Part shown: piece by piece, positions 52,436-63,338 of the stretch
Layout: each line of letters opens with the position of its first letter
How positions within the stretch are numbered: position 1 is the stretch's first letter
From: an uncultured Dehalococcoidales bacterium
GTDB lineage: Bacteria > Chloroflexota > Dehalococcoidia > Dehalococcoidales > E44-bin46
NCBI GenBank assembly: GCA_964627215.1
Contig: CAZVIZ010000002.1
Span: 612 to 64,611 of the forward strand
DNA: 64,000 nt
Direction: 5' to 3'
Program-made: the position numbers and the translations under genes
Notes under the pieces: model-generated
What the model was told of the DNA's origin: nothing
Seen by the model: the letters and a program-made list of their open reading frames with translations, nothing else
Databases searched by the model: none

Positions 52436-53563
52436 ATGATAAAAAAGCGCTCCTGGACCAAGCTCGCACCACTGCTGGCCGTGCTGGTGGTGATGGCGAT
52501 GTTGCTTTCCGGATGCTATGGCCGCAGCCAGCCCCGCGGGTGGGCTGGCGCCACGGTGGCGGACGGTGGCGTATACTTCCCCTCCATAGTGGGTCGGGTA
52601 GTCGCTGTTGACTCCGTTGAAGGCGGGCGTCTGTGGCCCGTGGATGCCCAGTTGGGTGGTGAAGATGATAGGGTGGCCGTATACGGCAGCCTGGCGGTGG
52701 CCGACGGGTTGGTCTACGTAGGCGGCTATAACGGCAAGTTATATGCCTTGAGCACTGACACGGGTTCGCTACGGTGGGTGTATCCCCGCGAGGATAAGCT
52801 TGACCCAATCGTGGGTGGAGTTGTGGCCTCCGGGGGCAGGGTTTACTTCGTCACCTCCGATGCCGAGCTTTATATCCTGGACGGCCTCACCGGAGACCGG
52901 CTGGGCCAGGCCAACGTGACCGAGGACAAGGTATGGAGCACCCCTGTCCTGGACGGGGATACGCTATATGTAGGCAGTTTGGATAAGCACCTCTATGCAC
53001 TTGACGCTGACGACGGTGGCGAGAAGTGGCGTTACCAGGCCGGTGGCGCCGTAGCCTCTGTGCCGATCGTATATGAGGATGCCGTCTACTTCGGCTCCTT
53101 TGACGTGGAGGTTTATGCTGTAAACAAGGCCGACGGCGCCTTGAAGTGGCGCTCCGATACCGGGGCTACCAACTGGTTCTGGGCCCGTCCCGTTATCCAC
53201 AACGGCGTTGTATTCGCCCCCAATATGGACGGCAAGGTCTATATTCTGGACGCTTCAAGCGGCACCGAGGTGAGGGAGGCCGTGGATGTGGGCAGCCCTG
53301 TCGCGTCCTCGCCGGTGCTTTGGGGTGATAGCCTCGTACTAGCCTCCAAGGAGGGCAGGGTCTATACCCTGGATACCGCCGGCCTTCAGCTGAACACACT
53401 GTTTGAGGTCCGCAGCGAGAACGAAGAGATAGTGGCCCCCTTGACTGTCGCCGATGGGGTTATATATATACACGCACAGTCCACCAAGCACGATATCCTC
53501 TACGCCATTAAAGCGGTTGACGGCACAGAGGCGTGGCGCTCGGTGAGCCTGAGTATGGATTGA
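52436..53563 (+). CDS. PQQ-like beta-propeller repeat lipoprotein (BamB-like fold)
   Basis: Signal peptide with lipobox LLSGC. Repeated motifs of the G.VY.GS.D..LYALD...G...W type occur about 6-8 times. Confidence 0.75.
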   Translation: MIKKRSWTKLAPLLAVLVVMAMLLSGCYGRSQPRGWAGATVADGGVYFPSIVGRVVAVDSVEGGRLWPVDAQLGGEDDRVAVYGSLAVADGLVYVGGYNGKLYALSTDTGSLRWVYPREDKLDPIVGGVVASGGRVYFVTSDAELYILDGLTGDRLGQANVTEDKVWSTPVLDGDTLYVGSLDKHLYALDADDGGEKWRYQAGGAVASVPIVYEDAVYFGSFDVEVYAVNKADGALKWRSDTGATNWFWARPVIHNGVVFAPNMDGKVYILDASSGTEVREAVDVGSPVASSPVLWGDSLVLASKEGRVYTLDTAGLQLNTLFEVRSENEEIVAPLTVADGVIYIHAQSTKHDILYAIKAVDGTEAWRSVSLSMD

Positions 53564-53575
53564 GGTAGATATAAA

Positions 53576-54493
53576 GTGGGTTTTGGCGAACTCTGGAATG
53601 CAGGCCCTATAGCGCTGATGATAAACACGCTCACGGCGTTGTCCTCCGTTGTGGGGGGCAGCTTCGGCTGGGCGGTTATCATCATGACCATAATCATCCG
53701 CGTTGCTATGTATCCCCTAACCGCCAAGCAGCTCCATGCCAGCCGCGCCATGCAGGAGCTTCAGCCCAAGATAGCCGAGCTTCAGAAGAAGTACGCCCGC
53801 GATAAGCAGCGGCTGGCCGATGAGCAGATGCTGCTCTACAAGGAGCACGGCATAAGCCCCTCGGGGTGTGCCGTCCCCATGCTTATCCAGATGCCCATCT
53901 GGGTGGCACTTTACCAGTCCATCATGAAGGTCCTGCCTATGACCCCGGAGGATCTTTTGGGGCTGTCGCGCTTCATGTGGAACTGGCCGGCTGTGTATAC
54001 CACCCTGCCCCTGGACAGCACCTTCTTCTGGCTTAACCTGGTCGAGTCTACCCCGGGCATAGCGGTTATAGTGGGCGTTACCATGTGGCTGCAGCAGAAG
54101 ATGGTTACGCCTAATACCACTGACCCAGCTCAACGCAGCCAGTCCGAGCTGATGCTGTGGATGATGCCTCTTATGTTCGGCTTCTTGGCCATGAGCTTCC
54201 CCGCCGGCCTGGCGCTTTATTGGGTGGTGTCCAACGTTATCAGCATATTCATGCAGTACTTCGTAATTGGGGGATGGGGAGGCCTGTCCCGCTCAGGCGC
54301 CGCTGCGACGACATCAAGTGTTACCAAGCTGTCCAAGCGCGTAGCGCGTGAGGAGAGTTTATCCGCTCAGGTAGCCGCCCCAGAGGCGGATATAGTGGAT
54401 ACCAATATTGTGGATAAGGGCAAGCCCAAAGGCTATTCCCCTCCCACCCGCGACCGCGTTAAGCACCAGAAGAAGGGCAAAAAGAAGAAGTAG
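53576..54493 (+). CDS. yidC: membrane protein insertase YidC (short, Gram-positive-like form)
   Basis: Motifs RV.MYPLT.KQ..S...MQELQPK..ELQKKY..D.Q......M.LYKEHG..P..GC.P.L.QMPI. It has multiple TM helices and a Lys-rich tail. Confidence 0.9.
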   Translation: MGFGELWNAGPIALMINTLTALSSVVGGSFGWAVIIMTIIIRVAMYPLTAKQLHASRAMQELQPKIAELQKKYARDKQRLADEQMLLYKEHGISPSGCAVPMLIQMPIWVALYQSIMKVLPMTPEDLLGLSRFMWNWPAVYTTLPLDSTFFWLNLVESTPGIAVIVGVTMWLQQKMVTPNTTDPAQRSQSELMLWMMPLMFGFLAMSFPAGLALYWVVSNVISIFMQYFVIGGWGGLSRSGAAATTSSVTKLSKRVAREESLSAQVAAPEADIVDTNIVDKGKPKGYSPPTRDRVKHQKKGKKKK

Positions 54494-54525
54494 TCTCTCT
54501 TTTAAGGATAGCCAGGAGAGCGAGG

Positions 54526-55017
54526 GTGAAAGTGATAGCCAAGGATAAAGATAACGGCGTAGCCGAAGTGGCCAGGGAAGCCCTGGAGGGCCTTCTGGAC
54601 AGGATGGGCTTATCCGCTTCCATCACTAGCCGCGGTGGTGCCGCCGCCGATGATAGCGAGGATCCCCTCACTCTGGATATCCAGGGCGAGGATTTGGGTA
54701 TCCTTATCGGGCGCCGAGGGCAGACCTTGGCCTCGCTGCAGTACATCGTCAGGCTCATCGTTGGCTACCGGACAGATGAGTGGCTGCCCATAATTATTGA
54801 TGTAGAGGGCTATAAGGAGCGTCGCTATGAGCGGCTTAAGGCCCTGGCCTGGCGTCTGGCGGAGCGGGTGAAGGTTAGAAAATCGCCCTTCACCATGGAG
54901 CCGATGCTGGCCTACGAGCGGCGCATTATTCACCTCGCCTTGTCGGAACACCCTGAAATCACCACCGAGAGCATAGGTGAGGGGGTCTCCCGCAGGGTGG
55001 TTATCAAGCCCAGATAA
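54526..55017 (+). CDS. jag: KH/R3H-domain RNA-binding protein Jag
   Basis: KH-like segment (LGILIGRRGQTLASLQY) and R3H segment (ERRIIHLAL). It has the canonical position after yidC. Confidence 0.85.
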   Translation: MKVIAKDKDNGVAEVAREALEGLLDRMGLSASITSRGGAAADDSEDPLTLDIQGEDLGILIGRRGQTLASLQYIVRLIVGYRTDEWLPIIIDVEGYKERRYERLKALAWRLAERVKVRKSPFTMEPMLAYERRIIHLALSEHPEITTESIGEGVSRRVVIKPR

Positions 55018-55045
55018 GTAGTAGGTTCGCTTCTTTTAGGCTAAA

Positions 55046-58000
55046 ATGTTCCATTCGGTTGGCAGTAGGGTAAACCTTCCCCAGATTGAGGAGAAAATTC
55101 TCGCCTTCTGGCGTGATAACGACACCTTTGCGCGCAGTGTTGAGGCGCGCAGGGGTGGCGACCGTTTCGTCTTATACGATGGCCCCCCCACTACCAATGG
55201 TAAGCCAGGCATACATCACGTCTTGGCGCGCGTCTTCAAGGACATCATACCCCGATATCAGACCATGAAGGGGCGTTATGCCCCCCGTACGGCCGGCTGG
55301 GATACCCATGGGCTCCCTGTGGAGCTGGAGGTGGAGAAGTCCCTGGGGCTTAAGAGCAAGAAGGACATAGAGGAATATGGTATAGACCGCTTCAACGCGC
55401 GCTGTCGTAAGAGCGTCCATGGTTACCTTAAGGAGTGGGAAGAGCTTACGGAGCGCATCGGCTTCTGGATAGACCAGGAGAACGCCTACGTTACCATGGA
55501 TAGCTCCTACATGGAGTCCGTGTGGTGGGCCATAAAGCGGATGTGGGACGAGGGCCTAGTGTACCAGGGCTACCGCGTTACCCCTCACTGCCCCCGCTGC
55601 GGCACATCTCTAAGTTCCCACGAGGTCGCCCTGGGCTATAAGGACGATACCGAGGACCCCTCGGTGTATATTAAGTTTAAGATTGACCCCATCTCCCTGG
55701 AGGGCGGTGCGTTGGCTGAACACCGCGGGGAGTTTGCGGCCAAGCCCGCCTACCTGCTCGCTTGGACTACCACCCCCTGGACTCTGCCCGGCAACACTGC
55801 CCTGGCGGTGGCCCCCGATGCCGAATATGTGCTTATGGAGGGCTACGACAGCTACATTATCCTGGCCCATACCCGGCGTGAGGGCGTAGACCTGGAGGAC
55901 TACCAGGAGGAGTCCAGGTTCAAGGGCGATAAGCTCATCGGTGTGCGCTACCAGCCTCTATACAACCCGCACGACTACGGGGTGGACAGGCAGCGCTTCA
56001 GCAACGGCTTGCTTGAGCCGCAGCCGCAGGACGAGGCTTTGAGCTATGCGGTTATCGGTGGAGATTTCGTCACCATGGACGAGGGCACGGGCATAGTCCA
56101 CGTTGCCCCCGCCTATGGAGAGGTGGACTATCAGGCGGGGGAGGACAGCGGGCTGGATTTCGTCCACCCTATAGCTTTACAGGGCACCGTTAGAGGTGCT
56201 TACCCCGGTGCCGGCAAATTTGTTAAAGAAGCCGACAAGGATATAATGGCCGATTTGGAGTCCAGGGGACTCCTCTATAAGGGTGAGACTGTGTGGCATA
56301 CCTATCCCTTCTGCTGGCGTTGCGACTCGCCTCTGCTCTATTATGCCAAGCGCACCTGGTATATAAAGACCACCCAGGCCAAGGAGGAGTTGATAAGCGG
56401 CAACGGGCAAATCAACTGGTATCCGGAGCATATAAAGCGCGGCCGCTTCGGGGATTGGCTTCAGAATAACGTGGATTGGGCCTTCTCCCGAGAGCGCTAC
56501 TGGGGCACGCCGCTCCCGATGTGGCGCTGTGAGAACCCGGACTGCGGTCACGTCGAGTGCGTGGGTGGGGTGGAGGAGCTTAAGGCCAAGTCCGGCCTTG
56601 AGGGGCTTAAGGAGCCTTTGGACCTGCACCGCCCCTTCGTGGACGATATCACCTTCTCCTGCCCTGAGTGTGGGGGGAGGATGGGGCGGGTGCCCGAGGT
56701 AATGGACTGCTGGTTTGACTCCGGTGCCATGCCTGTCGCCCAGCTACACTACCCCTTTGAGAACAAGGAGCTGTTTGACAGCGAGCTAAAGCAAGCCGAC
56801 TACATATCCGAGGCAGTGGATCAGACCAGGGGCTGGTTCTACAGCTTACACGCAATATCCACACTGCTCTTCGGGCGCCCCTGCTTTGAGAACGTAATCT
56901 GCCTGGGGCATATACTGGACGCCAAGGGCGAGAAGATGAGCAAGGCCCGCGGCAACGTGGTTAAGCCCAGGGATGTGATAGATAAATACGGAGCCGACGC
57001 GCTAAGGTGGTATTTCTTCACCGCCTCACCGGCGGGCAACGTGCGCCGTTTTGACGAGAAGATAGTGGCCGAGGTAGCCCGCCGCTTCCTGGGCACGCTG
57101 TGGAATGTCTACTCCTTCTTCGTCACCTACGCCAATATAGACGGCTTCGTCCCCCAGATGGATAAACCCCTTAAGGTTGATACCGAGCTTGACCGCTGGA
57201 TACTCTCCGAGCTGAACCAGATGGTGGAGTCCGTGGACGGGGCGCTTGGAGGCTACAACCCACAGGAGGGCGGCAGGCATATAGAGTCCTTCGTGGACAG
57301 GCTGTCCAACTGGTATGTGCGCCGCAGCCGCCGCCGCTTCTGGAAGAGCCAGAGTGATACCGATAAACTTCAGGCGTATAACACCCTGTATCACTGCCTG
57401 GTGACGCTTATAAAGCTGATGGCGCCGTTCACGCCTTTCCTGGCTGAGGAGATATACCAAAACCTGGTGCTCTCCCCCATGCCTGACGCGCCCCCAAGTG
57501 TGCACCTGGCCAATTTCCCTGAGGCCGATAAGGATATGATTGACGAGCAGCTTTCCCGAGATGTGCGCCTGGCGATGAAAGCGTGTAGCCTGGGCAGGGC
57601 GGCCCGGGCCAAGGCGGGAATAAAGGTGCGCCAGCCGCTTTCCTGCGCGCTTGTGAAGACCGCCTCCGCCGAGGAGGTGGAGGGGCTTAAACGCCTGGCG
57701 CCGCAGGTGCTGGAGGAGCTAAACGTTAAGAAGCTGGAGTTCGCTGCCGCCGAGGAGGAGCTAGCAGGTGAGGGCTATGTGGCCGTGGTGGAGGGGGGTT
57801 GTGGGGTGGCTGTCCCCACTCGGATATCTGATGAGCTTCTTGCGGAGGGCCTGGTGCGGGAGGTGGTGCACCGCATTCAGGGCATGCGCCGCAACGCCGG
57901 GTTTGATATAGCCGACCGCATTACGCTCTATTACCAGGGCGGCGATGATTTTAAGCGAGTGATGCGGGAATACGCTGACTACATAAAGCAGGAGACGCTA

Positions 58001-58099
58001 TGCGTGGAGCTTGTGGATGGCGCTCCGCCTGAGGATGCCTTCGCTGAGAGCCTCAAGCTTGGTGGTGGGGTGGTATTGGGGGTCAAAAAGGCGGCCTGA
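55046..58099 (+). CDS. ileS: isoleucine--tRNA ligase (type 2, long form)
   Basis: HIGH-type motif PGIHHVLAR, KMSKA(R), a CP1 editing domain and Zn-binding CxxC pairs (CPRCG, CWRC). 1017 aa. Confidence 0.93.
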   Translation: MFHSVGSRVNLPQIEEKILAFWRDNDTFARSVEARRGGDRFVLYDGPPTTNGKPGIHHVLARVFKDIIPRYQTMKGRYAPRTAGWDTHGLPVELEVEKSLGLKSKKDIEEYGIDRFNARCRKSVHGYLKEWEELTERIGFWIDQENAYVTMDSSYMESVWWAIKRMWDEGLVYQGYRVTPHCPRCGTSLSSHEVALGYKDDTEDPSVYIKFKIDPISLEGGALAEHRGEFAAKPAYLLAWTTTPWTLPGNTALAVAPDAEYVLMEGYDSYIILAHTRREGVDLEDYQEESRFKGDKLIGVRYQPLYNPHDYGVDRQRFSNGLLEPQPQDEALSYAVIGGDFVTMDEGTGIVHVAPAYGEVDYQAGEDSGLDFVHPIALQGTVRGAYPGAGKFVKEADKDIMADLESRGLLYKGETVWHTYPFCWRCDSPLLYYAKRTWYIKTTQAKEELISGNGQINWYPEHIKRGRFGDWLQNNVDWAFSRERYWGTPLPMWRCENPDCGHVECVGGVEELKAKSGLEGLKEPLDLHRPFVDDITFSCPECGGRMGRVPEVMDCWFDSGAMPVAQLHYPFENKELFDSELKQADYISEAVDQTRGWFYSLHAISTLLFGRPCFENVICLGHILDAKGEKMSKARGNVVKPRDVIDKYGADALRWYFFTASPAGNVRRFDEKIVAEVARRFLGTLWNVYSFFVTYANIDGFVPQMDKPLKVDTELDRWILSELNQMVESVDGALGGYNPQEGGRHIESFVDRLSNWYVRRSRRRFWKSQSDTDKLQAYNTLYHCLVTLIKLMAPFTPFLAEEIYQNLVLSPMPDAPPSVHLANFPEADKDMIDEQLSRDVRLAMKACSLGRAARAKAGIKVRQPLSCALVKTASAEEVEGLKRLAPQVLEELNVKKLEFAAAEEELAGEGYVAVVEGGCGVAVPTRISDELLAEGLVREVVHRIQGMRRNAGFDIADRITLYYQGGDDFKRVMREYADYIKQETLCVELVDGAPPEDAFAESLKLGGGVVLGVKKAA

Positions 58100-58109
58100 A
58101 GACCCAGTC

Positions 58110-59204
58110 TTATTGCGGCGGAGGGCTTTCGGTTAAGATGGCGTGGGCAGTTAGCTGTGAATCCCCCCTTACGTAAACTATCTCCGCATTGGTGCCTATA
58201 CCGCTTTGGTGTATGGCGTCTATCAGGTCTTCGGCGCTCCCAATCTCCATACCGTTGAAGCCGATGATGACGTCCTGCGGTTGTAGGCCGGCGCCGTCGG
58301 CGGGGCTTCCTGGCGCCACGTGGCTTATGAAGGCGCCGCTCTGGGTGGAGAGGTCATACCACCAAACCATGGTCTGGTTTACGTCTGTCAGTCCCACCCC
58401 CAGGTAGGGGCGTATTACGTATCCGTTATCAATAAGCTGTGTGATTATAGGCTCGGCGCTGCTTATGCTTATGGCGTAGCCCATTCCCTCCACTCCCACC
58501 AGGGATATCTTGGCGCTGGTGATGCCTATCACCTCACCGGCCATGTTAACCAGGGGGCCGCCGCTGTTGCCGGGGTTTATGGCGGCGTCGGTCTCTATGA
58601 GGTTGCTCAGCGTCTGTCCCTGCCCGGCCTCTATGGATACGTCCAGGCGGCTTATCCAGCCCCCCTTCATGCTTATGCCTAAGCCCAGGGGGTTGCCGAT
58701 GGCTGCCACCTGCTCGCCCACCCTAAGCTTCTCGGAGTCGCCTATGTCTGCCGCGGGCAGTCCCTGGGCGTCCACGACGACCACGGCCAGGTCGGTGAGG
58801 GGGTCGGTATACATCTCCTCGGCGGGGAATGTCCTACCGTCGTCCAGGGATACGGCGACTGTGCGGGCACCGTCGACCACGTGGCTGTTGGTCACGATTA
58901 TGCCGTCCGAGTCTATGACCCACCCTGATCCCTCTCCCTCGTCCGTTTTAATGGCTGCCACTGAGGGCTTGACCTTCTCCACCACCGCCACGTAATCGGG
59001 GAGGGAGGTGGACGTATAAGCCCCCTCCGCAGGGGCCAACTGCCCTGCGGGTATGGGTTCAGAGGGTGATGCCCCCGGCGCCGTTGGGGTCTCGGGCATG
59101 GATGTTAAGGCCTTTAGAAGCGGCGGCATACATCCCCCGCTTACCAGGAAGAACAGCGCGGCGGCGGTTATGACGACGGCCAGTCTTAATTTTCGCTTGC
59201 CCAT
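58110..59204 (-). CDS. htrA: HtrA/DegP-family serine protease with one PDZ domain
   Basis: N-terminal TM/signal anchor, trypsin-like triad context (TNSHVV, D, GNSGGPL) and a C-terminal PDZ domain. Confidence 0.9.
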   Translation of the reverse strand: MGKRKLRLAVVITAAALFFLVSGGCMPPLLKALTSMPETPTAPGASPSEPIPAGQLAPAEGAYTSTSLPDYVAVVEKVKPSVAAIKTDEGEGSGWVIDSDGIIVTNSHVVDGARTVAVSLDDGRTFPAEEMYTDPLTDLAVVVVDAQGLPAADIGDSEKLRVGEQVAAIGNPLGLGISMKGGWISRLDVSIEAGQGQTLSNLIETDAAINPGNSGGPLVNMAGEVIGITSAKISLVGVEGMGYAISISSAEPIITQLIDNGYVIRPYLGVGLTDVNQTMVWWYDLSTQSGAFISHVAPGSPADGAGLQPQDVIIGFNGMEIGSAEDLIDAIHQSGIGTNAEIVYVRGDSQLTAHAILTESPPPQ

Positions 59205-59265
59205 ATGTTTATAGGTTAGCCTCGAATTACTAACGCCTGATTAATTTTAGCACGGCCGGGGACAG

Positions 59266-59308
59266 CAAAAAAGGGGGAGGGAAGACTGTCTCCCCTCCCC
59301 CTTTTATT
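59266..59308 (-). terminator. intrinsic (bidirectional-looking) terminator after trpB2
   Basis: 9-bp G/C stem gggggaggg / ccctccccc, flanked by an A tract on one side and ttttatt on the other. On the - strand the hairpin is followed by TTTTTTG. Confidence 0.75.
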
Positions 59309-59326
59309 AGGTGCTTAAGCTTAAAG

Positions 59327-60685
59327 TTACGTCTGCGGCAGCTCGGATAGGGCTTGCCTTATCTTGTCCTCGGGCAGATCGTAGTCCGTCATCTTGCCGG
59401 AGAGGTAGATGTCGTAGGCGGCCAGGTCGAAGTGGCCGTGTCCGCTGTGGTTTATCAAGATAATCTTGGACTCGTCGGCCTCGCGACACTTGATGGCCTC
59501 GTCTATGGCTACCCGCAGGTCGTGGCAGGGCTCTGGAGCGGTGATGATGCCCTCGGTGCGGGCGAACTGGACCCCGGCCTCAAAGGTGGCCACCTGGGGC
59601 ACGGCTATGGCCTCTATGATGCCCAGGTTATAGAGGTGGCAGATGATGGGCGCCATGCCATGATAGCGCAGCCCGCCGGCGTGTATGGGTGAGGGTATGA
59701 AGGCATGGCCCAGGGTGTTCATCTTAAGCAGTGGGGTGAGTCCGGCCACGTCGCCGAAGTCATAGGCGTAGGGCCCCCTGGTGAGGGTGGGGGTGGCCTT
59801 AGGCTCCACGCAGATTACGCGCAGGTTGGGTTTCTTGCCGCTCATCTTGTCCCTGAGCCAGGGCAGGAACTGTCCGGCGAAGTTGGAGCCTCCGCCGACA
59901 CAGCCTACAATGATGTCGGGGTACTCCCCTGCCATCTCCATCTGCTTTATGGTTTCTTCACCCTGAATGGTTTGGTGTAAAAGGACGTGGTTTAAGACGC
60001 TGCCAAGAGAGTAGTGGGTGTCGTCGCGGGTAGCGGCGTCCTCTACCGCCTCGCTTATAGCAAGCCCTAAGCTCCCGGTGCATTCGGGATCCTTGGCCAG
60101 CATATCGCGCCCGGCCTTGGTATCGGGGCTGGGGCTGGGGACGCAGGTAGCTCCCCAGGTCTCCATCAGTATGCGGCGGTAGGGCTTCTGGTCATAGCTT
60201 ATGCGCACCATATAGACCTTAAGCTCTATGCCGAAGAACATACATCCCATCGCTAGGGCGCTGCCCCACTGGCCGGCGCCGGTCTCGGTGGCGATGCGCT
60301 TTATGCCCTCTTCCTTGTTATAGTAGGCCTGTGCTACGGCGGTGTTGGGCTTGTGGCTGCCTGCCTGGCTGGTGCCCTCGTACTTGTAGAAAATCTTAGC
60401 CGGCGTGTCCAGCGCCTTCTCCAGCCGGTGCGCTCTGTGAAGTGTAGTGGGCCGCCAGGTGCGGTATATCTCCTGGACCTCCTCCGGTATGTCTATGTAG
60501 CGCTCCGGGCTGAATTCCTGCATGATGAGGCTCATGGGGAACAGGGGGGCCAGGTCGTCCGGGGTAACCGGTTTTTTGGTGCCCGGATGAAGCACTGGGG
60601 GCAGGGGTTCGGGTAGGTCAGGCAGGATATTATACCACTTGGTCGGCATATCCTTTTCGTCCAGGATATACTTTGTTCTCTCCAA
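59327..60685 (-). CDS. trpB2: TrpB2-type (long) tryptophan synthase beta-like PLP enzyme
   Basis: 452 aa with the TrpB2-specific N-terminal extension ([15 protein letters not shown]) and the PLP lysine context (GSHKPNTA). Confidence 0.85.
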   Translation of the reverse strand: MERTKYILDEKDMPTKWYNILPDLPEPLPPVLHPGTKKPVTPDDLAPLFPMSLIMQEFSPERYIDIPEEVQEIYRTWRPTTLHRAHRLEKALDTPAKIFYKYEGTSQAGSHKPNTAVAQAYYNKEEGIKRIATETGAGQWGSALAMGCMFFGIELKVYMVRISYDQKPYRRILMETWGATCVPSPSPDTKAGRDMLAKDPECTGSLGLAISEAVEDAATRDDTHYSLGSVLNHVLLHQTIQGEETIKQMEMAGEYPDIIVGCVGGGSNFAGQFLPWLRDKMSGKKPNLRVICVEPKATPTLTRGPYAYDFGDVAGLTPLLKMNTLGHAFIPSPIHAGGLRYHGMAPIICHLYNLGIIEAIAVPQVATFEAGVQFARTEGIITAPEPCHDLRVAIDEAIKCREADESKIILINHSGHGHFDLAAYDIYLSGKMTDYDLPEDKIRQALSELPQT

Positions 60686-60722
60686 GCGCTCCTCCTTATG
60701 TAAGTTTATATAGCGTATGTGA

Positions 60723-61499
60723 TCATAGCAGATTTAGGGCATTACGGGTCTTTAGGGCGAAGTCTTTTAAAGAGGCCAGGCTTTCATCCTGCTCCATAAG
60801 TTGGATTATGCGGCTGCCTACTATCACGCCGTCTGCGGCGCGTGCCGCCCTCACGGCCTGCTCCGGCGTGGACACGCCGAAGCCTATGCATAGCGGTTTA
60901 TCCGTCTTGGCCCGCACCCTGCCCACGAAGCCCTCCATCTCCGGCGGAAGCTCACTCCTTACGCCGGTGACGCCGGTTAGGGAGACCAGGTAGATGAACC
61001 CTTGTGCCTTCTCCGCTACCAGGCCGATGCGCTCGTCGTTGCTGGTGGGGGAGAGCAGATAAACCAGATCCAGCCCCGCTGCCTCGGCAGCTTCTCCCAG
61101 CTCTGCCCCTTCCTCTGGGGGCAGGTCGGGGACTATTATGCCGGCGGCGCCAGCGTCGGCCGCAGCGCGGCAGAAGCCCTTAAGGCCGAAGTGGAGAACG
61201 GGATTGTAGTAGGTCATGAACACCAGGGGCGTATCCACCCTGCGGCGTATTTCCGCAGCCGCCTCAAGGCAGACATCCACGCTGACGCCGTTTATAAGCG
61301 CCTGGTGGCTGGACTTCTGGATGGTAGCGCCATCGGCCAGGGGGTCTGAAAAGGGTATGCCCAACTCTATTATGTCCCAGCCGCTCTCGGCGAGCACTTC
61401 CGCCGCGGCATAGGTTACTTCTAGTGAGGGGTAGCCCACGGTGAGGTATGCGATGAGCGCCTTGCGCCCCGGCTTGAAGGCGGCTCCCAGGTGGTTCAT
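60723..61499 (-). CDS. trpA: tryptophan synthase alpha chain
   Basis: Motifs [18 protein letters not shown] and GF(G)IS-type motifs. It overlaps the trpB stop. Confidence 0.92.
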   Translation of the reverse strand: MNHLGAAFKPGRKALIAYLTVGYPSLEVTYAAAEVLAESGWDIIELGIPFSDPLADGATIQKSSHQALINGVSVDVCLEAAAEIRRRVDTPLVFMTYYNPVLHFGLKGFCRAAADAGAAGIIVPDLPPEEGAELGEAAEAAGLDLVYLLSPTSNDERIGLVAEKAQGFIYLVSLTGVTGVRSELPPEMEGFVGRVRAKTDKPLCIGFGVSTPEQAVRAARAADGVIVGSRIIQLMEQDESLASLKDFALKTRNALNLL

Positions 61500-62698
61500 A
61501 TCTCTATCCCCATCTCCCCGGCTACTATGTCAAGGTCCTTATCGCCCCTGCCGGATAGATTTACGATGATTAGTTTTTCCTTATCAGTCTTTGCCGCAAG
61601 CTTTGCGGCGTAGTAGATTGCGTGGGAGGATTCCAGTGCTGGTATTATGCCCTCGGTGCGGCTCAATAGCTCAAACCCTGCCAGGGCCTGGTCGTCGGTT
61701 ACGGTCACGTACTCGGCACGGCCGCTGTCTTTATAATAACTGTGCTCCGGCCCCACACCGGGGTAGTCCAGGCCGGGGGCTATGCTGTGTGTGGACTGTA
61801 CCTGCCCTCCGTCATCTTGTAATAGGTATGACTTGGTGCCGTGGAGAATGCCCGTGCTGCCTGCTGCCAGGGGGGCGGAGTGCAGCTTAGTGGCTATACC
61901 CTTCCCTCCCGCCTCCACGCCGATGAAGCGGACGGACTTGTCCTGGAAGAAGGGGTGGAACATGCCTATGGCATTGGAGCCGCCGCCCACACAGGCCACC
62001 AGGTAGTCCGGCAGGCGGTTATACAATGACAGGCTTTGCTCTCTGGCCTCGCGGCCGATTACGGATTGGAAGTTGCGCACCATCATGGGGTAGGGGTGTG
62101 GTCCCACCACCGACCCCAGCATGTAGTGCGTGTTCTGGACGTTGGTGACCCAGTCCCGTATGGCCTCGTTTATGGCGTCTTTAAGTGTCTTGGCCCCCGA
62201 TGTAACCGCTCGCACCTCGGTGCCCAGGAGCTTCATACGGAACACGTTGGGCGACTGGCGCGCTATGTCCTCCGCGCCCATGTAGACTATGCACTCCAAC
62301 CCCAGCATGGCGCACACGGTGGCGGCGGCCACTCCGTGCTGTCCGGCGCCGGTCTCGGCTATGATCCTGGTCTTGCCCATGCGCTGTGCCAGAAGTCCTT
62401 GCCCCAGGGCGTTATTTATTTTGTGCGCTCCGGTGTGGGCCAGGTCCTCTCGCTTCAGGGCTATTCGGGCGCCGCCCACCTGCCGGGTGAGCTTCCGTGC
62501 CGGGTAGAGGGGGGTGGGGCGGCCCACATATAGGCGGCATAGTTCCTCAAAGTCTTTATGAAAGGCGGGATCGGCCTCGGCCTGGCGGTAGGCCTCCTCC
62601 AGTTCCTTAAGCGCGCTCATAAGCGTCTCGGGGACGAACTTGCCCCCGAACCCCCCGAAGTATCCGCGTGCGTCTGGCCGTTTATCCTTTGCTGTCAT
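61496..62698 (-). CDS. trpB: tryptophan synthase beta chain (canonical TrpB1)
   Basis: Motifs [23 protein letters not shown] and GGGSNA.G. Confidence 0.94.
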   Translation of the reverse strand: MTAKDKRPDARGYFGGFGGKFVPETLMSALKELEEAYRQAEADPAFHKDFEELCRLYVGRPTPLYPARKLTRQVGGARIALKREDLAHTGAHKINNALGQGLLAQRMGKTRIIAETGAGQHGVAAATVCAMLGLECIVYMGAEDIARQSPNVFRMKLLGTEVRAVTSGAKTLKDAINEAIRDWVTNVQNTHYMLGSVVGPHPYPMMVRNFQSVIGREAREQSLSLYNRLPDYLVACVGGGSNAIGMFHPFFQDKSVRFIGVEAGGKGIATKLHSAPLAAGSTGILHGTKSYLLQDDGGQVQSTHSIAPGLDYPGVGPEHSYYKDSGRAEYVTVTDDQALAGFELLSRTEGIIPALESSHAIYYAAKLAAKTDKEKLIIVNLSGRGDKDLDIVAGEMGIEI

Positions 62699-63338
62699 CG
62701 TGCTCTCTCACCGCTTTTATAAAGGCCTTTATCTTGGCCGGGTCCTTGGCGCCGTTTGTCTCCACCCCCGAGGAGACGTCCACCCCCCAGGGAGATACGT
62801 CCTTTATCATCTGGGACACGTTTTGGGGGTTAAGCCCCCCCGCGATTATTGCGGGGACTCCGGCCGCCCCTTGCGCCACTGCCCAGTCGAAGGTCTTGCC
62901 CGTGCCGCCGTATAGCCCCTTCACCTGGGTGTCCAGTAGGTAGATATGCTCCTGGACGGCGAGCCGCTTCTCCTCCTTCGCTATGGTGGCGGATATGTCG
63001 GCGGGGGTATGCCCTTCCCTTATATGTATGGCCTTTATTATCGGCTTTATCATAAAGGGATAGTATTCCTCCGGCTCCTCCCCGCTCAGCTGAATCCAGT
63101 CCAGCTTCAAGGTCCTGGCTATAACATTCACCTGTCTGGCGGGCATATTGACGAAGACTCCTACCAGCTTGGTGGGGTAACCTGCTTCCTTTATGGCCTC
63201 GGATATGGCTTCTGCCTCCTCATGTCCCACCTGCCGGGGGCTCTGGGCGAAGACCATTCCGATGAAGTCCGCGCCCGCCTCCGCAGCCGTTATGGCATGC
63301 TCCTTATCCTGTATGCCGCATATCTTCACCTGGGTCAT
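62682..63338 (-). CDS. trpF: phosphoribosylanthranilate isomerase
   Basis: Motifs [15 protein letters not shown] and LSGGL-type motifs. It lies between trpC and trpB. Confidence 0.9.
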   Translation of the reverse strand: MTQVKICGIQDKEHAITAAEAGADFIGMVFAQSPRQVGHEEAEAISEAIKEAGYPTKLVGVFVNMPARQVNVIARTLKLDWIQLSGEEPEEYYPFMIKPIIKAIHIREGHTPADISATIAKEEKRLAVQEHIYLLDTQVKGLYGGTGKTFDWAVAQGAAGVPAIIAGGLNPQNVSQMIKDVSPWGVDVSSGVETNGAKDPAKIKAFIKAVREHDDSKG

